Assembly: GCA_030265395.1 (NCBI GenBank)
Contig: JARFYF010000112.1
Coordinates: 74,323,529-74,387,528, forward strand
Source of the DNA: Rhina ancylostomus
Lineage: Eukaryota
Length of the DNA: 64,000 bases
Direction: 5' to 3'
A program made the position numbers and the translations under genes. Within the stretch, counting starts at the first letter, position 1; each line of letters opens with the position of its first letter. The notes under the pieces are model-generated. The model was not told the origin of the DNA. It was given only the letters and a program-made list of their open reading frames with translations, and ran no database searches. This document shows, piece after piece, positions 36,341-50,500 of the stretch.

Positions 36341-37995
36341 ATAGAGTCATAGAGTACTACAGCACAGAAAAGGGCCCTCAGGCCCATCTAGTCTATGCTC
36401 ACCCGATCTTCTGCCTAGTCCCATCTACCTGCAACTGGACCATATCCCTCCAAATTCCTCCCATCCATGTACTCCCAAACTTCTCTTAAATGTTACAGTT
36501 AAACCAGCATCTACCACTTCCACTGGCAGCTCATTCCACACTCACACCACCCTCTGAATGAAGATGTTTCCCCCCAGATTCTCCTTAAATATTTCACCTT
36601 TCACCTTAAAACTATGACCTCTTGTTCTAGTCTCACCCAACCTGAGGGGAAAAAGCCTGCGTGCATTCACCCCATCTACACCCCTCATAATTTTGTATAC
36701 CTCTATGAGATATCCCCTCATTTTCCTGCACTCTGGGGAATAAAGCCCTAACCTATTCATCCTTTCCCTTCAACTCGGGTTCTCAAGTCCCGGCAACATC
36801 CTTGTAANNNNNNNNNNNNNNNNNNNNNNNNNNNNNNNNNNNNNNNNNNNNNNNNNNNNNNNNNNNNNNNNNNNNNNNNNNNNNNNNNNNNNNNNNNNNN
36901 NNNNNNNNNNNNNNNNNNNNNNNNNNNNNNNNNNNNNNNNNNNNNNNNNNNNNNNNNNNNNNNNNNNNNNNNNNNNNNNNNNNNNNNNNNNNNNNNNNNN
37001 NNNNNNNNNNNNNNNNNNNNNNNNNNNNNNNNNNNNNNNNNNNNNNNNNNNNNNNNNNNNNNNNNNNNNNNNNNNNNNNNNNNNNNNNNNNNNNNNNNNN
37101 NNNNNNNNNNNNNNNNNNNNNNNNNNNNNNNNNNNNNNNNNNNNNNNNNNNNNNNNNNNNNNNNNNNNNNNNNNNNNNNNNNNNNNNNNNNNNNNNNNNN
37201 NNNNNNNNNNNNNNNNNNNNNNNNNNNNNNNNNNNNNNNNNNNNNNNNNNNNNNNNNNNNNNNNTTTACCACATTATCATCTAAATCATTAATATAGATG
37301 ATAAACAACAACAGACCCAGCACCAGTCCCTGCAGCACACCTCCAGTCAGAGAGACAACCATCTACTATCACTCTCTGGGTTCCCCCGCTAAGCCAATGT
37401 TGAATCCAATTGACAACTCCATCCTGAATGCCAAGAGACTTATTCTTCTGGACCAGCCTCCCATGTGGGACTTTGTCAAAGGCCCTGCTAAAATCCATGT
37501 AGGCAAAGTCCACCACCTTTCCTTTATGAACCTTCCAGGTTACCTCCTTGAAGAACTCTATAAGATTATTTAGACATGACCTACCACACACAAAGCTATG
37601 CTGACTCTCCCTAATCAGGCCCTGTCTATCCAAATACTTATATATCCTGTCCCTTAGAATGCCTTCCAAAACTTACCCATGACTAATGTCAGGCTCACTG
37701 GCCTATAATTTTCTGACTTATCTTAGAGTCTTTCTTAAACAACGGAACAACATTAGCTATCCTCCAGTCATCCGGCACCTCACGTGTAGGTAAGGATGTT
37801 TTAAATATCTCTGCCAGGGCCCCTGCAATTTCTGTACTAGCCTCCCACAAAATCCAAGGGAACACCTTGTCAGGCCCTGGGGATTTATCCACCTTAATTT
37901 GCCTCAATACAGCAAGCACCTCCTCTTATGTAATCCAGATATGGTCCATGACCTCACTACTCTTTTGCCTCAGTTCCGTAATGTCTCAAAGTAAA
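36341..37995 (-). mobile_element. Relatively young 5'-truncated CR1 LINE (ORF2 reverse transcriptase region and 3' tail)
   Basis: ORF fragments IKVDKSPGPD...WRIANVVPLFKK; EGILRDRIY...SCLNNLIEFF...YMDFSRAFDKVPHGRL; GVLQGLVLGLLLFIIYINDLD; RLGLYSPECRKMRGYLIEVYKIMRG...TRGHSFKVKG. The 3' tail is atagagtcatagag on the plus strand. Confidence 0.95.
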
Positions 37996-40659
37996 TACTA
38001 TTTTTAACTGGATTCTCTTGGTTTATCTTGCTCTTTGAGATTTCATATTTTTACTGCCTTGCTTCATTACTTAAAAAAACACTTAACTAATGTAGATTTT
38101 TAAGCTGGCAAGAAAATGCTCTCTTGATGCAAGAAGATAAATTGAGCAAATTGGTCACCAGGAAAATGTGAAAAGAAACAAATTTGGCATTTTGTCATAA
38201 AATGAATTGTGTTAATGAACATTTGACAGATTCATAGCTTTTCTTTGTCTGGCATTTAATGGTGGTCTTGATTCATTTGTTTGAATGGGACCAATGCACT
38301 AATGAGCAGAACTGGTTTTCAATGGTCTCCCAAACTGGACTTTGAATCAGAGCCAAAACTAATACATAGCCACCTGTAATATGTTTGCTTTCCTGTAGGT
38401 GGGAGTAAAGTTCTGGGAGAGAAGTTGAAACTACATTCCGCAAAATGAAATATTTTCCTGTTATGAAGCTTAATTATTTTTGCCTGCAGGCACTTGACTA
38501 TTGCTTGTAAGAGATTAGAGTGAAATTAAGCTTTATATTTTTGTGGAGTCTGACCAAGCAAACATTCTTTGTAACTAACAGAGCCAATGGAGAAATTTAA
38601 ACATTTATTTTGCTCATCACTCCCTGTTGTTTTAAATGGCTGTCCATAGCCAAAATAGTGGCAAATGCATAGACTGTCTAAGTATAGGAATTTATTTATT
38701 TTCTTAAAGCAAATTATAGGAACAGCAGTGAGATCTTTGCTAACACTTTCATTGGATCCTGTACCACTGGATGGGTCCTAACACACCAACAGGATGGTTA
38801 GTCAGGCCAAAGACACTGACAAAATGGTGCAATTTCCAGACTTTTTCAGCTGGGTGTTGTGGAATCACTTGGTGTACAGACTGACAATGAGAAAATTGGA
38901 GGAAGCTTGCAGAACAGCCACCACTATGGAGATGCCTTTAAGATAAGTGAGAGTTTCACTCAGGGACTGAGGTACAAGCAAGAAATGAGTCCTCAGAAAT
39001 AGTACTGGTGCCATGGTTGTCTTCTTCCCAGCTGAAGCACTTGACCACAACGAGTGTGTTTGCAGGGAAGCCAAAAGGTTGTGTCAGTGCAAAAGGTGGG
39101 AAGGCTACAAGTCACTTGGGTGCAAAAGGTAGGAGGCCTTGCCTGGACATTAAAGGAGTCAACCTGCCTCAGACTACCTGTTTGAAGTCAACCAGTTTCA
39201 CAGGGTAGGGTACATTCTATGGAGGTGCATGTGCCTGTAGAAAGTAACCACAAGCAAAGACATTAATCCTCATTGCCTCAGATGCATGGGGTGAAGGATT
39301 GACATTTTCCTGGCGGCCATCATACACATGGTAGAATCACCTAATGAGGAGTGGAAATAGTTCATATTGCACACCTGAGGATGATGATAAAAACAATATA
39401 TCTAATGTCAACTTACTGGTCAAGGAATTACCTAAACATATCACATTGGGTCTGTGGCTCATTTGGCCTGTTCTAGGTCAGGCTGTGTAGTTAAAATACC
39501 TCAAACACTTTCTGCCGAGATGGAGCAAGCCAGTTTGAGTACATGTGTAAAACAGACGCCTTGAGTTGTGGAGGGGTGAACAGTTAGTCACCAGTTGTCT
39601 ATTTAGTTATGGCCCCTGGATGTGCATCAGCCATCATGAGCATAGATTGTGTAGAATCACTTGGCTTAAATAACTTTTTTTTAAAAAAGGCGATTGTAGC
39701 AAATAGGCAGCAGAGATCCAGGAGCCAGTCATGCTTTGGGTTTCACTGACCCAGCCAAAGTGACCACTGGTCAGATGGGCTTGGGGGCCAGCAAGAAACC
39801 TCCAGCAAGTGGACCCTGGCAGGTCAGGGTCACAAGTTCCAGATCCAACAAAATGGTTATGAGACACTGCTATTTTACAGCCCTGAGAGAAGGTACAACC
39901 CTGGATGTGAATATTGACAGCTCACACCATGAGGACAGGTGCATACTGAAACCATTGTGCATAGAGTATAAGGACAATCTATCTGATAAGGAACGTGGAG
40001 CTTGGACCGAAAGAAGAGTTAAGTAGTTAAGTATAAGAGCTTACCAGAAGAAGATAAAGCAGCATTTTGGCCAGAATATAGATGCTGCATGCCAGAAAGA
40101 TCAAGAAAGTAATCATGCAATCATAAAACCAAGTATCATGGTAAAATTGCATGAAAGGGAATGTGATATTCCAGATGTGATTTTGCATTAAGAATGGTCT
40201 ATAGCAATAAAGAACATACATTTCTTGACATTGGGAACATTGAGAAAATCCTTTGAGAGCCAGCGATTTGCAGTGTTGACTGTTCAGGTGTTTGTCACTG
40301 AGAGCTGGGTAAATGTATTTTACCACAGGTCATCAAGTGGAATAGGTTACATACATCAGAATTGCAATGAGATACTAGGGAAGGAGCTGTTGTTTACAGA
40401 GGCACTTGTGAAGGCCACCATGAAGTTGAGAAATGGACCTGCAAAGCATTTGTGAGAATTAAGCCAGGATTGTGTTCCGAAAGAGAAAGATTTGTTGAAT
40501 CGACTCTGTGAAAGATGATCCATTATGAGAAGTTTGAGTCCAAGGCATCACTTGGACAGTGATTTGTCTTCTTCAGGACAATGTGATTAGTCAAACTTTG
40601 ATGGCAAGCAGTTCAGAGGAAGACTAATCTGTTTGAATGAAATAAGGGTGCCAAGTCAT

Positions 40660-42270
40660 CATTTTCTTCTGGCAATCTCTTAGTGTTGAGGATGACTCAC
40701 TCCCACGCAAGTTCTCTGAGTGTGATGGTGGCTGAAGAGGCTGACCCTGCCACAAGCAGAGTGGGCATTTGGTAGGGTGGGTGTGTGGAACACAGCTTGA
40801 GATTTTGTTTAAACTTGGCTTCTGTGTGCTCCCAGTGAAAGGACTCAAGGTTTTTAAAGCCATCTGAAATGCTCATCTTCCATTTTGAGCTGGTGGGCCA
40901 AGGATTTCCATTAGTTGGTAGGGATATTGGACCTTTTTGGGGAGACTTTGAAAACATCCTTGAAGCATTACCTCTGTCCATAATGACAGTCTCCTGCCCT
41001 GACGGACCTTGGAATGCTATGAGAGTCCAGAAAATGGGACTGATGGATTGGGAGAGGTTGCTGTCATTGGTTCTTTATCCCACCAGGGGATTTGTGGGAT
41101 AAGTGAACCAGTGACAGCAACCTCTCCAGGTGGGGCAGGTCGCTGCCTCCTATGCACTTGGTTTCAGGTTTGAGGTATTGATCTTTAAATGCTTTTCCTC
41201 AGATGGTGAAGATGATGATGAATTTCATCTTTGCTGAGAGGTGGCTTCTGAGTTAGGCAAAGTGATCCATATTTTCTAGGGTCTCGTTGTGGATCTTTTT
41301 TGTGAAGAGATGCTGTTACACAGCAGAGGCAGGTTGGTAAAGGACCTTTATTTTCTGGATGTTTAGTGTAAGCCCCATTCTTTTGTGTGGTTTAATGAAT
41401 GAGTTGATGATGATCTTCAGAAAGTGTGCATATATAACTGTCACCTATATACTGCAGCTTTGACGACCGAGCATGGAAAGGATTGGAGGTGACATCGGTC
41501 TCACAGTTTCTATCTGTCCTGTGAATTAGCTTAACTCCAGCAGGAAGCTTGTTGGAGGTGAGGCACAGCATTGCGGCAAAAAAATAAGTCTGAGAAAATC
41601 TTGNNNNNNNNNNNNNNNNNNNNNNNNNNNNNNNNNNNNNNNNNNNNNNNNNNNNNNNNNNNNNNNNNNNNNNNNNNNNNNNNNNNNNNNNNNNNNNNNN
41701 NNNNNNNNNNNNNNNNNNNNNNNNNNNNNNNNNNNNNNNNNNNNNNNNNNNNNNNNNNNNNNNNNNNNNNNNNNNNNNNNNNNNNNNNNNNNNNNNNNNN
41801 NNNNNNNNNNNNNNNNNNNNNNNNNNNNNNNNNNNNNNNNNNNNNNNNNNNNNNNNNNNNNNNNNNNNNNNNNNNNNNNNNNNNNNNNNNNNNNNNNNNN
41901 NNNNNNNNNNNNNNNNNNNNNNNNNNNNNNNNNNNNNNNNNNNNNNNNNNNNNNNNNNNNNNNNNNNNNNNNNNNNNNNNNNNNNNNNNNNNNNNNNNNN
42001 NNNNNNNNNNNNNNNNNNNNNNNNNNNNNNNNNNNNNNNNNNNNNNNNNNNNNNNNNNNNNNNNNNNNNNNNNNNNNNNNNNNNNNNNNNNNNNNNNNNN
42101 NNNNNNNNNNNNNNNNNNNNNNNNNNNNNNNNNNNNNNNNNNNNNNNNNNNNNNNNNNNNNNNNNNNNNNNNNNNNNNNNNNNNNNNNNNNNNNNNGGAT
42201 TGGATACTTTCAGAGAGGACTGCATTGCAATGTGGAAGCAGTTCAAAAGTTCTGAAGATCCTGTGAGACA
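40660..42270 (-). mobile_element. Decayed RTE-clade LINE
   Basis: The minus strand reads YFFAAMLCLTSNKLPAGVKLIHRT...KLQYIGD (degenerate YADD), then GQR*CFKDVFKVS (RTE GGQRKRFKDTLK motif) and RVSLFSH, followed by a gtcatcctc...gccagaagaa 3' end. Confidence 0.8.
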
Positions 42271-45200
42271 TGGCACAGTAGGCACAGACTTACTAAAGTC
42301 AGCTTGGCCATATTGCTACAAGGAGGACTGAAAGCAGTCATGGAAGAATTGCAAGCCTGGGAAACAATCCAAAGAGAGAAAGTCAGAAAATACTTTGGGA
42401 CTTCAAAGCAAGTAAAAGGAAAGGTCCAGTGTCTTAAATCCTGGCTCCCCGTGGCAGAGTGGGAGCCAGGATGCAAGATAGAGTGAACATAGATTCAGAA
42501 AGGTGGACAACCTGAAGAAGCAACCAAGTAGAGACTGTAGTAACTGAGTCCATAATATCGAGCAAAGTACCAAATACACTGTTGAATTACTGTAGAAACA
42601 CTGTCGTAGTTGATAGGAGTTATTAGCCGCATGTTAAGTTTTTAAGAACTGTTCAGTGTTTACTGGAGACACCAGAAAGATTGTGTTTAAGAATATACAA
42701 TACAACACACTCAGAGTAATGAAGACAACAATGTTGAAACAACAATTATAGATCAAGATGCGAGATTTTCTATGTTGAAGCCTATCTGGGGATCTGCTGG
42801 AATGACTAATGCACGGGTGGACATTTCAGTTTGGCTTGCAGTGAAGAGTTCAGTAAACAAAAAGGCCAAGTGTCTGAATGAACATAGTTTTAGCTGAATA
42901 TATAATGATTATTAAGTGATGCCAGTAGTTACTTTAAAGGGAAGCAGTGCGGTTTACATCAGTGTGTATATTTTTAAGAACTGAGTATCATATGATATGG
43001 CTTTTGATACATTGTTGTTACAGACATTGCCGTTAATTGAGAATTTATTGCCTTCTGTTGATAATTTTACCCTTTTTGTTATTTGCCTTTCTAAGCAGCA
43101 GTTCTAAAGAACCTAGACACCACATGTATACTCACTTTTGCAGTTTAAAAGTACAGTTTATGGTTCCAAGTTGTTTAACCGTGAATAATCATTTCATCTC
43201 ATCCTGAAAAGACCACAGATGAGGTGACCCTGGTATAAACTAACTATTGCTGGATTTTCTGATCAAGGTGTTCCTTCAGCAGAATGGCTCACACTTTGTG
43301 AAGGTGCATCCTGATCCTTGTCACAATTCCAGTTGCAGTGTTCCTGCATTAAGAAGCTCTTTGCTCTTTGGAAGGTTGTCTTAGAACAGCATGGGATACA
43401 GTCCCAAAGGAAGAAAATGAAGTTGCTGAGTAACTTGAAGAATGACTAATATGTTTGTTGTTGGGTCTTTGGCTGCTGTTAATTACTGGAGGGTAGACAT
43501 TCCAATTGGATTGCTGATCTGCTGTTAGGTCCTGCATTGTTAACATTTGACAGACCATTGATATGCTAACTGTGTGGGATCTGGATGAGTTCCTGACAGA
43601 ATCTGGATTGGGGGATTTATATATTTTTAAAAAACTGTAAACAGCCTTTTAAGAAGTAGACAGTAAATCTATAAACAAAACCACTTCAGGCTGCACAGAA
43701 ATGGAAAGATTTTGCAGTGTCTGAGAGGCGGTGCTGGAGGGGAAACTGAGGGTGCTGCTGTTACTGTCTGTTCAAGTTCATGTGCATGCTAGTTCCCAAT
43801 ATCCTGGGGAGAAACGCTCTGTGTCTAACTACCTGATGATTATGGAGATTCTGTTGTTAGTTCTGTAATTGTGTGTGGTCAGCTGCTGGGAAGTGAGGCA
43901 GCCTCTCTTTAATGCAATCTAATATAAGAAAGGAGTATTTCCCATTGGGACACCTTTGTAGTATTGTTGTCTTCTTTTAAAAGGAAGCTTCATCAGAGGG
44001 TTTGACACAAATCCTTCTGACTAATTAAGTGGAAATGAAAAAGAAAAGACACAAAGAAAGATGATTTGCTGATGGAATCAAGATGCTATTACCGACCTTG
44101 CTATAGGGCTGTCTAAATACCCTCTGGAAAAAGTACACACCAGCATCCTTTAATACCCATTTTCCATGGATGGGCAGATCTGAGTGCCAAATTGGCACAA
44201 ACACATGGAAAGTTTTCTTGAACATCTGAATAATATAATTTTGGTATAATTAATTGCAAGCTATCAGGCAATTCTATTGGCTTTGCAAAGCCTGATGGAA
44301 AAAAGTTACATTCGGAATGAAACAGATAGAAAATTTGTGTTACAAATTATCCCCCTATTTTTCTAATTATTAATTCTTGACATCATTAATCACACACAAC
44401 CAAAGAAAGAATTAAATGTATTTTAAATATGTCTCCGGTAGAGCCACTCTTACTTCACTAGGATGAAATAACTGTCTCCCATGCAAGAGAACATGTGTGG
44501 ACATTTGACGTGAACGGAATAAATTAATGCCAGCGGTTTTGAATTGTGGCAAACGTTCTCCTGTGGTCGCTGGCCACAGAGAACTGGTTTTACATCACTC
44601 ATATTTTTGCGACTTATAGTCATCAGAAACAGATACATGGATACTCTTCATCTGATCAATCGGAAGGTAGAATTGGAAACATATCAAAGTGATAAAACAT
44701 CATTTGTTTTATTGACTTGAAACATCCATTTTTTTCTAAATATGTGGGAAAAGTTCACTTTCTAGTTTCCATCCTTTAATTTTCACACAGTATTTGATCT
44801 TGCCATACGTTTTGAAATTTGCATGGTTGAAAGACTGCTCTTGAGCTGGGGAGGGTGTACAGTGCACTGGAAATAATTTGTCGGTTCTTCACTTCTCTGG
44901 GTGGTTTTACTGTGCCTAGTTAAGGAATTCTATCTGGCTGATTGTCAGCACAATGGTGTAAGGGATAAGTTGCTATGGTTGTGTTCTCCTTCCTCTGGAA
45001 AAAATTATTAAATCTCATTTATCTAGCATATACAGATGGGCTATTGTCCATTAATTATTCTAGTAAGTAAAACAAGTTGGGAAGGAGCAAAGAATAATCC
45101 TTTAAATGGGAGATACAGTTCTTCTGTACTGCATCAGTGTTCTAGTAAGAAAAATTTAGAATAGAGCATATTGGCAAAGTTAGAAACCAAATCAATCTTT

Positions 45201-48200
45201 AAATTTGACAGATTAATTATGGAATGCTTCCCCTTGATTAGCTTTGCAATAAGAAAGAGATCAGCATTTTATAATGGGGAATTTTTTAATTTGATGAACT
45301 TGTATCATGGAATTTGGGTAAGACAGTGATGTGAGTACTGCTTGTTAACAGGATAGGTTTTTCAGCTGGACTATAGACATAGATCTGTAAAAAGTTAACC
45401 ATAAAATGCTAGATAAATTTTAGCATTGGCAAAACTCCCTCACAGATGAAGCAAATGTCTGTCATACTGGGAATGGTTTTGCTGCCTGTTGAAGATCTCA
45501 AAGAATTACATTAGGAGAACCAATAGTCAGCATGCTTTCCTGTGATCTTTCCACACAGTGTTCATTCAGTTCTATTGGACATGGTAGTAATGATGTCTGG
45601 CCATCTGCTTGTTTCTCTTCTACTACTTCATTTATCTTTACTTCAAATGATTTGGAAAACAATATTTATATATACCTTTAATTTGTTCTGTGCTCTCAAT
45701 AAATTACAAGTGTTAATAAACCCTTGCTGACCATTTCTAGTAACTCAGAAGGGTGAAGATGGGGGAGAGAAGGATAGCGGACCAGTTAACATGGGTCACT
45801 GCCACCTTTTTAGATGCATGATTTGTTCCTTGCATTCTGTTCTACATCTACATTTGTATCCAACGTCACAAAAGCAGTAATACAACAATACAGTCCATTA
45901 TGTCCCAGGAAGTTCCTGCAGGACACTATGCTTCCATGAATCACTCTAAGATCCCTGAAAGCTACTAGCATTTCTAGAAAGTAGCTACATTTTATTGAAC
46001 ACAATTTCTTTTCATCTGTAGTCATTTCTTTCCATTGATTTACGTTCCAAGCAATTTCCTCCCTGTCCATGCAGATGCTTCCGCCACATAACCAGTGAAA
46101 TTTGTGCCCACATATTTTGCAAAAATGCTTCTAGAGCTGTGCATTGAGGAGGACCCAGTTAACTGTTCTACTCTAGTTATGAAAAAGTCTAATTTCTTGG
46201 GCCTTAGTGCTGGAGGTGAAAGAGAAATGCCCTTTCTGTAAACCTGGCAGAATCACACTTAGGCAAAAACAAGCTAGGTTCAGACTGAGGTGCTTTCTCC
46301 TCAGGAAAAGTCCAAGCCTGGCTATTGACAGGCTGACATCTTGAGGTAAGAACATTAATGAAGATAAGCAAAGATATAGGAAGATATTTTATTACTGTTA
46401 TAATGTAATCATGAATTGATTTTGATCCCTTAATCAACTTGGTGAGGAAGCAAGGTTTTTTTTTAAAAAGTGATTTAATTCACTTGGTAGGCATTTAAGA
46501 GATTATTTACTCAGCTTAAGGACTTGGGAGATGTAAAGTCATGGTGGTCCAATGATCTAGATTTTGAAGTTAGCACTTACTGCTGAGTTCAAAGAAATCA
46601 ACATACAAAGATCTTGTGATATCCGTGACATTGAACTCCCCCGACCAGCCCCCTTCCTAAGTCGTTTGGTACCAGGCACCAGTCCATGGGATCCAGTAAC
46701 TGTAATGGGATAAACTAGCTGAGCAGGTAAATTCAAGAAGAATTTTCATCGACAGCAAACCAGGGAGGAAAAAGAATAATTTTTATTTATAATTTGAACA
46801 TTTTCCACAGCTCTAATACTGGTTTCATATTTACAGGTAAGCTTAAGATAGAAGCAGAAACGACATAAGCCTTNNNNNNNNNNNNNNNNNNNNNNNNNNN
46901 NNNNNNNNNNNNNNNNNNNNNNNNNNNNNNNNNNNNNNNNNNNNNNNNNNNNNNNNNNNNNNNNNNNNNNNNNAGCTTAAGATAGAAGCATAAACGACAT
47001 AAGCCTTAAAATCTATAAAATTATTTTTTAAGTAGCTTATATTTTATAATATTTACCTGGGGAATGTAATCATATGCTTAAATTTATTTAGTAGCTAGAG
47101 CATTTGCTAAGCATTAACAATGGTTCAGTGTGCCATTAAAATATCACTTGCACTTCATGCAAAAAAATGTAGCATTGCACCTTATGCTACAGCAAGATGA
47201 ATTGGTAAGTGTTTGAAGTTCTTGTTAATTCATTGACTTTCCTTGATTGTGGCAGAGAAGGCTGCAAAACAGAAGGAACTCTTAATCACTGATAGCAATT
47301 GTTTAATTATTCATGTGTAGAACCCCTAAAGTTGCTGTTAATTTCACAAAGTAATGTTATTAAATGCTGACTGTTTCACTTTTATTATAATTAAAAGAAT
47401 TAGGCAAATAGTACTGGTGTAACTGCAGTAATACCAATTGGCACAGTCAGTTTCCGTTATAACTTGGGACACCAGAAGTTATCATTTTAAAATAACCCGA
47501 TTAGAGTGACAGAAGGAAAACAAGTATGCACAAATGGAACACTGTAAATCTGTGAGTGTATGCTCAAAAATGCCTTTTTGACAAAATTATGGCTATTTCA
47601 ATTGTTAATCAATACATTTGACTTGGTTCAACATTTTATTGTAAGATATTAAATGAAATATCAAAGCACAGAAGGAAAATAAAGTATTCCTCATCAATAG
47701 TTGAGTGAAAAGTTAGGAGTGGTTTTAAACATTCCTTCTGAAACACCAGTTTAAAATACAGACTTCAATAGAAGTCAGCTGTATGGAACAGATTATCTTT
47801 TCTCATTCTAGTATTTATGTTCCTGCATTTGAAACTAGGGAAGGAATAGTGTAACTATGTAAAAGGAGTAAGTGAGATGGAAATGCAATATGGAAATGGC
47901 CTTTGGGAGGAAATACACCCCATAAAGGACAGTTAACATGAATCCAGAAAGTTGTGTGAGAATAAGCAATTAAACTTGCAACTCAACAACTTGCTTGGTA
48001 TTCCACACCAAGCCTGGCCCCTACACTTTAAGGTGTTTGAGGGTGTAGGGACTGGGATTGTTGAGGAACACCTCAAATCTGTATCTTAAAGATGAAACCA
48101 TTCTAAGTACTTTTTCTTCATTTTCTTCTGTCAGGAAAAAAATTAACCCCCCTCTCTATTGTTTGGATTTGAGTCTAGTGTTGGTCTCTTTCAAAAGATT

Positions 48201-50364
48201 CGTAATATTTGAATGTGTTTATGGATAAATTAGGCATCTGTATTGCACTTTATAATAATCCTGAAATTATTCTGTGGGAGGATATACACTTGCTGCACAC
48301 ACTCCAGTTTTATATGAAAACTAAGAATTAAGCAACGCTTTGCCAAAAACCTAAAAGTTAATTCTTAAGCTAAAACAGGCATCATTGATTTTCTGAAATA
48401 TTCGTTATTATTCTGTTGTAACAGCTACTTTTAAATTCATAAGTGCATAGAGTAAATCCTGCCACAATACTCTTATTGCTTTTTGCCCCAAGTAACTTGA
48501 TTATTATCCTGAGCAACAGCCCTTTCTTATTAAGTTTAACAAAACTTTTTTTTTGTTTATAGAAGTAGTGATTCTTGTAAAGTATATTTTAATTAAATCA
48601 CCACAGGACAGCATTAAGGCATTCATCAGGTTTGCTCCACTTTGTCTTTGTCTGTGGGTAAACATTCACACTAAGTAATATTCTTTTGATTTTCATTGAA
48701 GAGGACAAGTTATTGGAGAGACTTCATTTAACCTATTATGTTGGTCATCTGAATTACTTCAAATTATCAGGGCTTTCTTTTCAATTCAGAGAATTTCATC
48801 TGCCTTCAAGTTCTTTCCTCCTTTATCATGTCACTACTTTTTGAATATATATTCCTTCCTTCACTTAACAATATATTTTTCATCCGTCTTTGCTTCCTGG
48901 TTTATTGTTCCTTGTTCTTTTCTCTACCTTTATTTTCTACTTCTCTCTTTTGTCCAATATTCCATTCTTATGTCCTTGTGCTTCTCTTTCGTCTACCCTT
49001 CATGACTTCCATAATCTTTGATTCGTATCTTCTCTGGTCCATCTCCAATGTATAATGTAACATTGGTATTCAAATCACTGATTATATTATTCACCTAATA
49101 TGACTGACTAACTCTACGAAAGCCACAGCTCTTGTAGAATAATACTACCCACCTACAAATACCTCCAGAGAATGAAACTCTGATACAAGGGTTATTTGTT
49201 TGTCTTTAATTTATGAACCAGAGTAAATTCAAAAATAATAAGCCTCTCACTTTTCATACAAAGACAACTTAATTGGAATCTCATCCTTTTTCAATTTCTA
49301 ACAAACATATAAAAAACACTTAAATTATTATACAGTTTGAAATATATCTTATTTCAAAGCCCAGATTTTATTTTAGTATCTATATGATCCAACAAAATTA
49401 ATCTTAGAAATCTTTCTGAACTTTTAATTTTAATTACATTTTAAGTGGATTTTTTTTGTGCAGTGAATAGAAATTGCCAATCGATTTTGTTTCAAGAAGG
49501 AAAAAAAAGGTGCAAGGAAATGAAAGGCAAGACTTTGTGTAAGGAGCTGTAAAATGGTTTTAACTGGCTTGTTTTTTTTTTACAAAAGGCCATCACAGGA
49601 TTCTTGGGCTATGTCACTTCATAATTTTATGATTCTGCACTGTATGTGAATATGCAACTTTCTTTCCATGATCAGTTCTACCACTGCGGAGTTGCCCTCA
49701 ATAGTTAACTATTTTTTACTTTTAGTTTATTCGATAAACTTTGCTATCATACCAATTGGATTGAAATGACATTAAGAAAAAAGTACAAATTTTGCCAAGA
49801 AGCTTACTATTAGGAACTGGATTTGAATCCACTTTTGCTAGAGGGAGTGTTGAGGGAATTTTATTCTCCATCTATTTCATTGGATAACACTGGGTTTGGT
49901 TGATGCGGCTTTTTGGAGCTTCGTGTAATAGCTAATTCATGCTAACTTGATCTGGCTGTGATTAATACTGATATGTTTGGAATTTTCTACTCGGAGCTAT
50001 GGATGATTAGCTGTTGAGTATATTTAAGACAGATCAATAAATTTTTGGACATCAGGGAAATCAAAGAATTTGAGAATCAGATTAAAAAAGCAAAGTTGAA
50101 ATTGATCAATGATTATTTTACTGTAAAGTGAAGTAGGCTCCACAGTAAATGAGCTCATGAAATTGTTACCATCAATGCATACTGATGGTTGTCCAAATGT
50201 CAGTGGAATTGAACTGTTCTGAACCATCTGGTGATGCAGTCTGATTCTGTAGTCCCATCATAATTACCTTGGGTGCTTTCTGAACTGAACATTGCCAGCT
50301 GGGATAATGAGAACTTCAGTTTTATTTTCTGGTTTTGGTTCACTATATTAGCATGGTACCAAGG

Positions 50365-50500
50365 AAATTCTACAGTGCCAGGGTGTGGTCTTTCATATGA
50401 GATATTAAATAGAGGTCCCTTCTGCAATAGTAATATTCCATAACACTTCTTGAAGAAGAACAGGGAAATTTTTTGTCCCAGTATTTATTTTCAAAAAGAT
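50365..50500 (+). mobile_element. Deu-domain SINE remnant
   Basis: gtctttcatatgagatattaaatagaggtccc...ttgaagaagaacagggaaat...ccagtatttatt resembles the Deu core gtctttcggatgagacgttaaaccgagg. Confidence 0.55.

Noticed and set aside
38800-40500. Slightly GC-richer stretch with several short ORFs
   Set aside because: No recognisable protein motif or terminal repeats. It may be old transposon debris, but I cannot support a call.
41392-42285. Long ORFs spanning N runs (also 22164-22854 and 60930-61448)
   Set aside because: Their length comes from Ns. The real part at 41392-41603 is RTE reverse transcriptase debris.
46840-47007. 34-bp direct repeat flanking a 100-N gap, superficially like a CRISPR repeat-spacer unit
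   Set aside because: Eukaryotic DNA with only two copies and an N spacer. It is most likely an overlap between haplotypes (one mismatch) or a collapsed tandem repeat.
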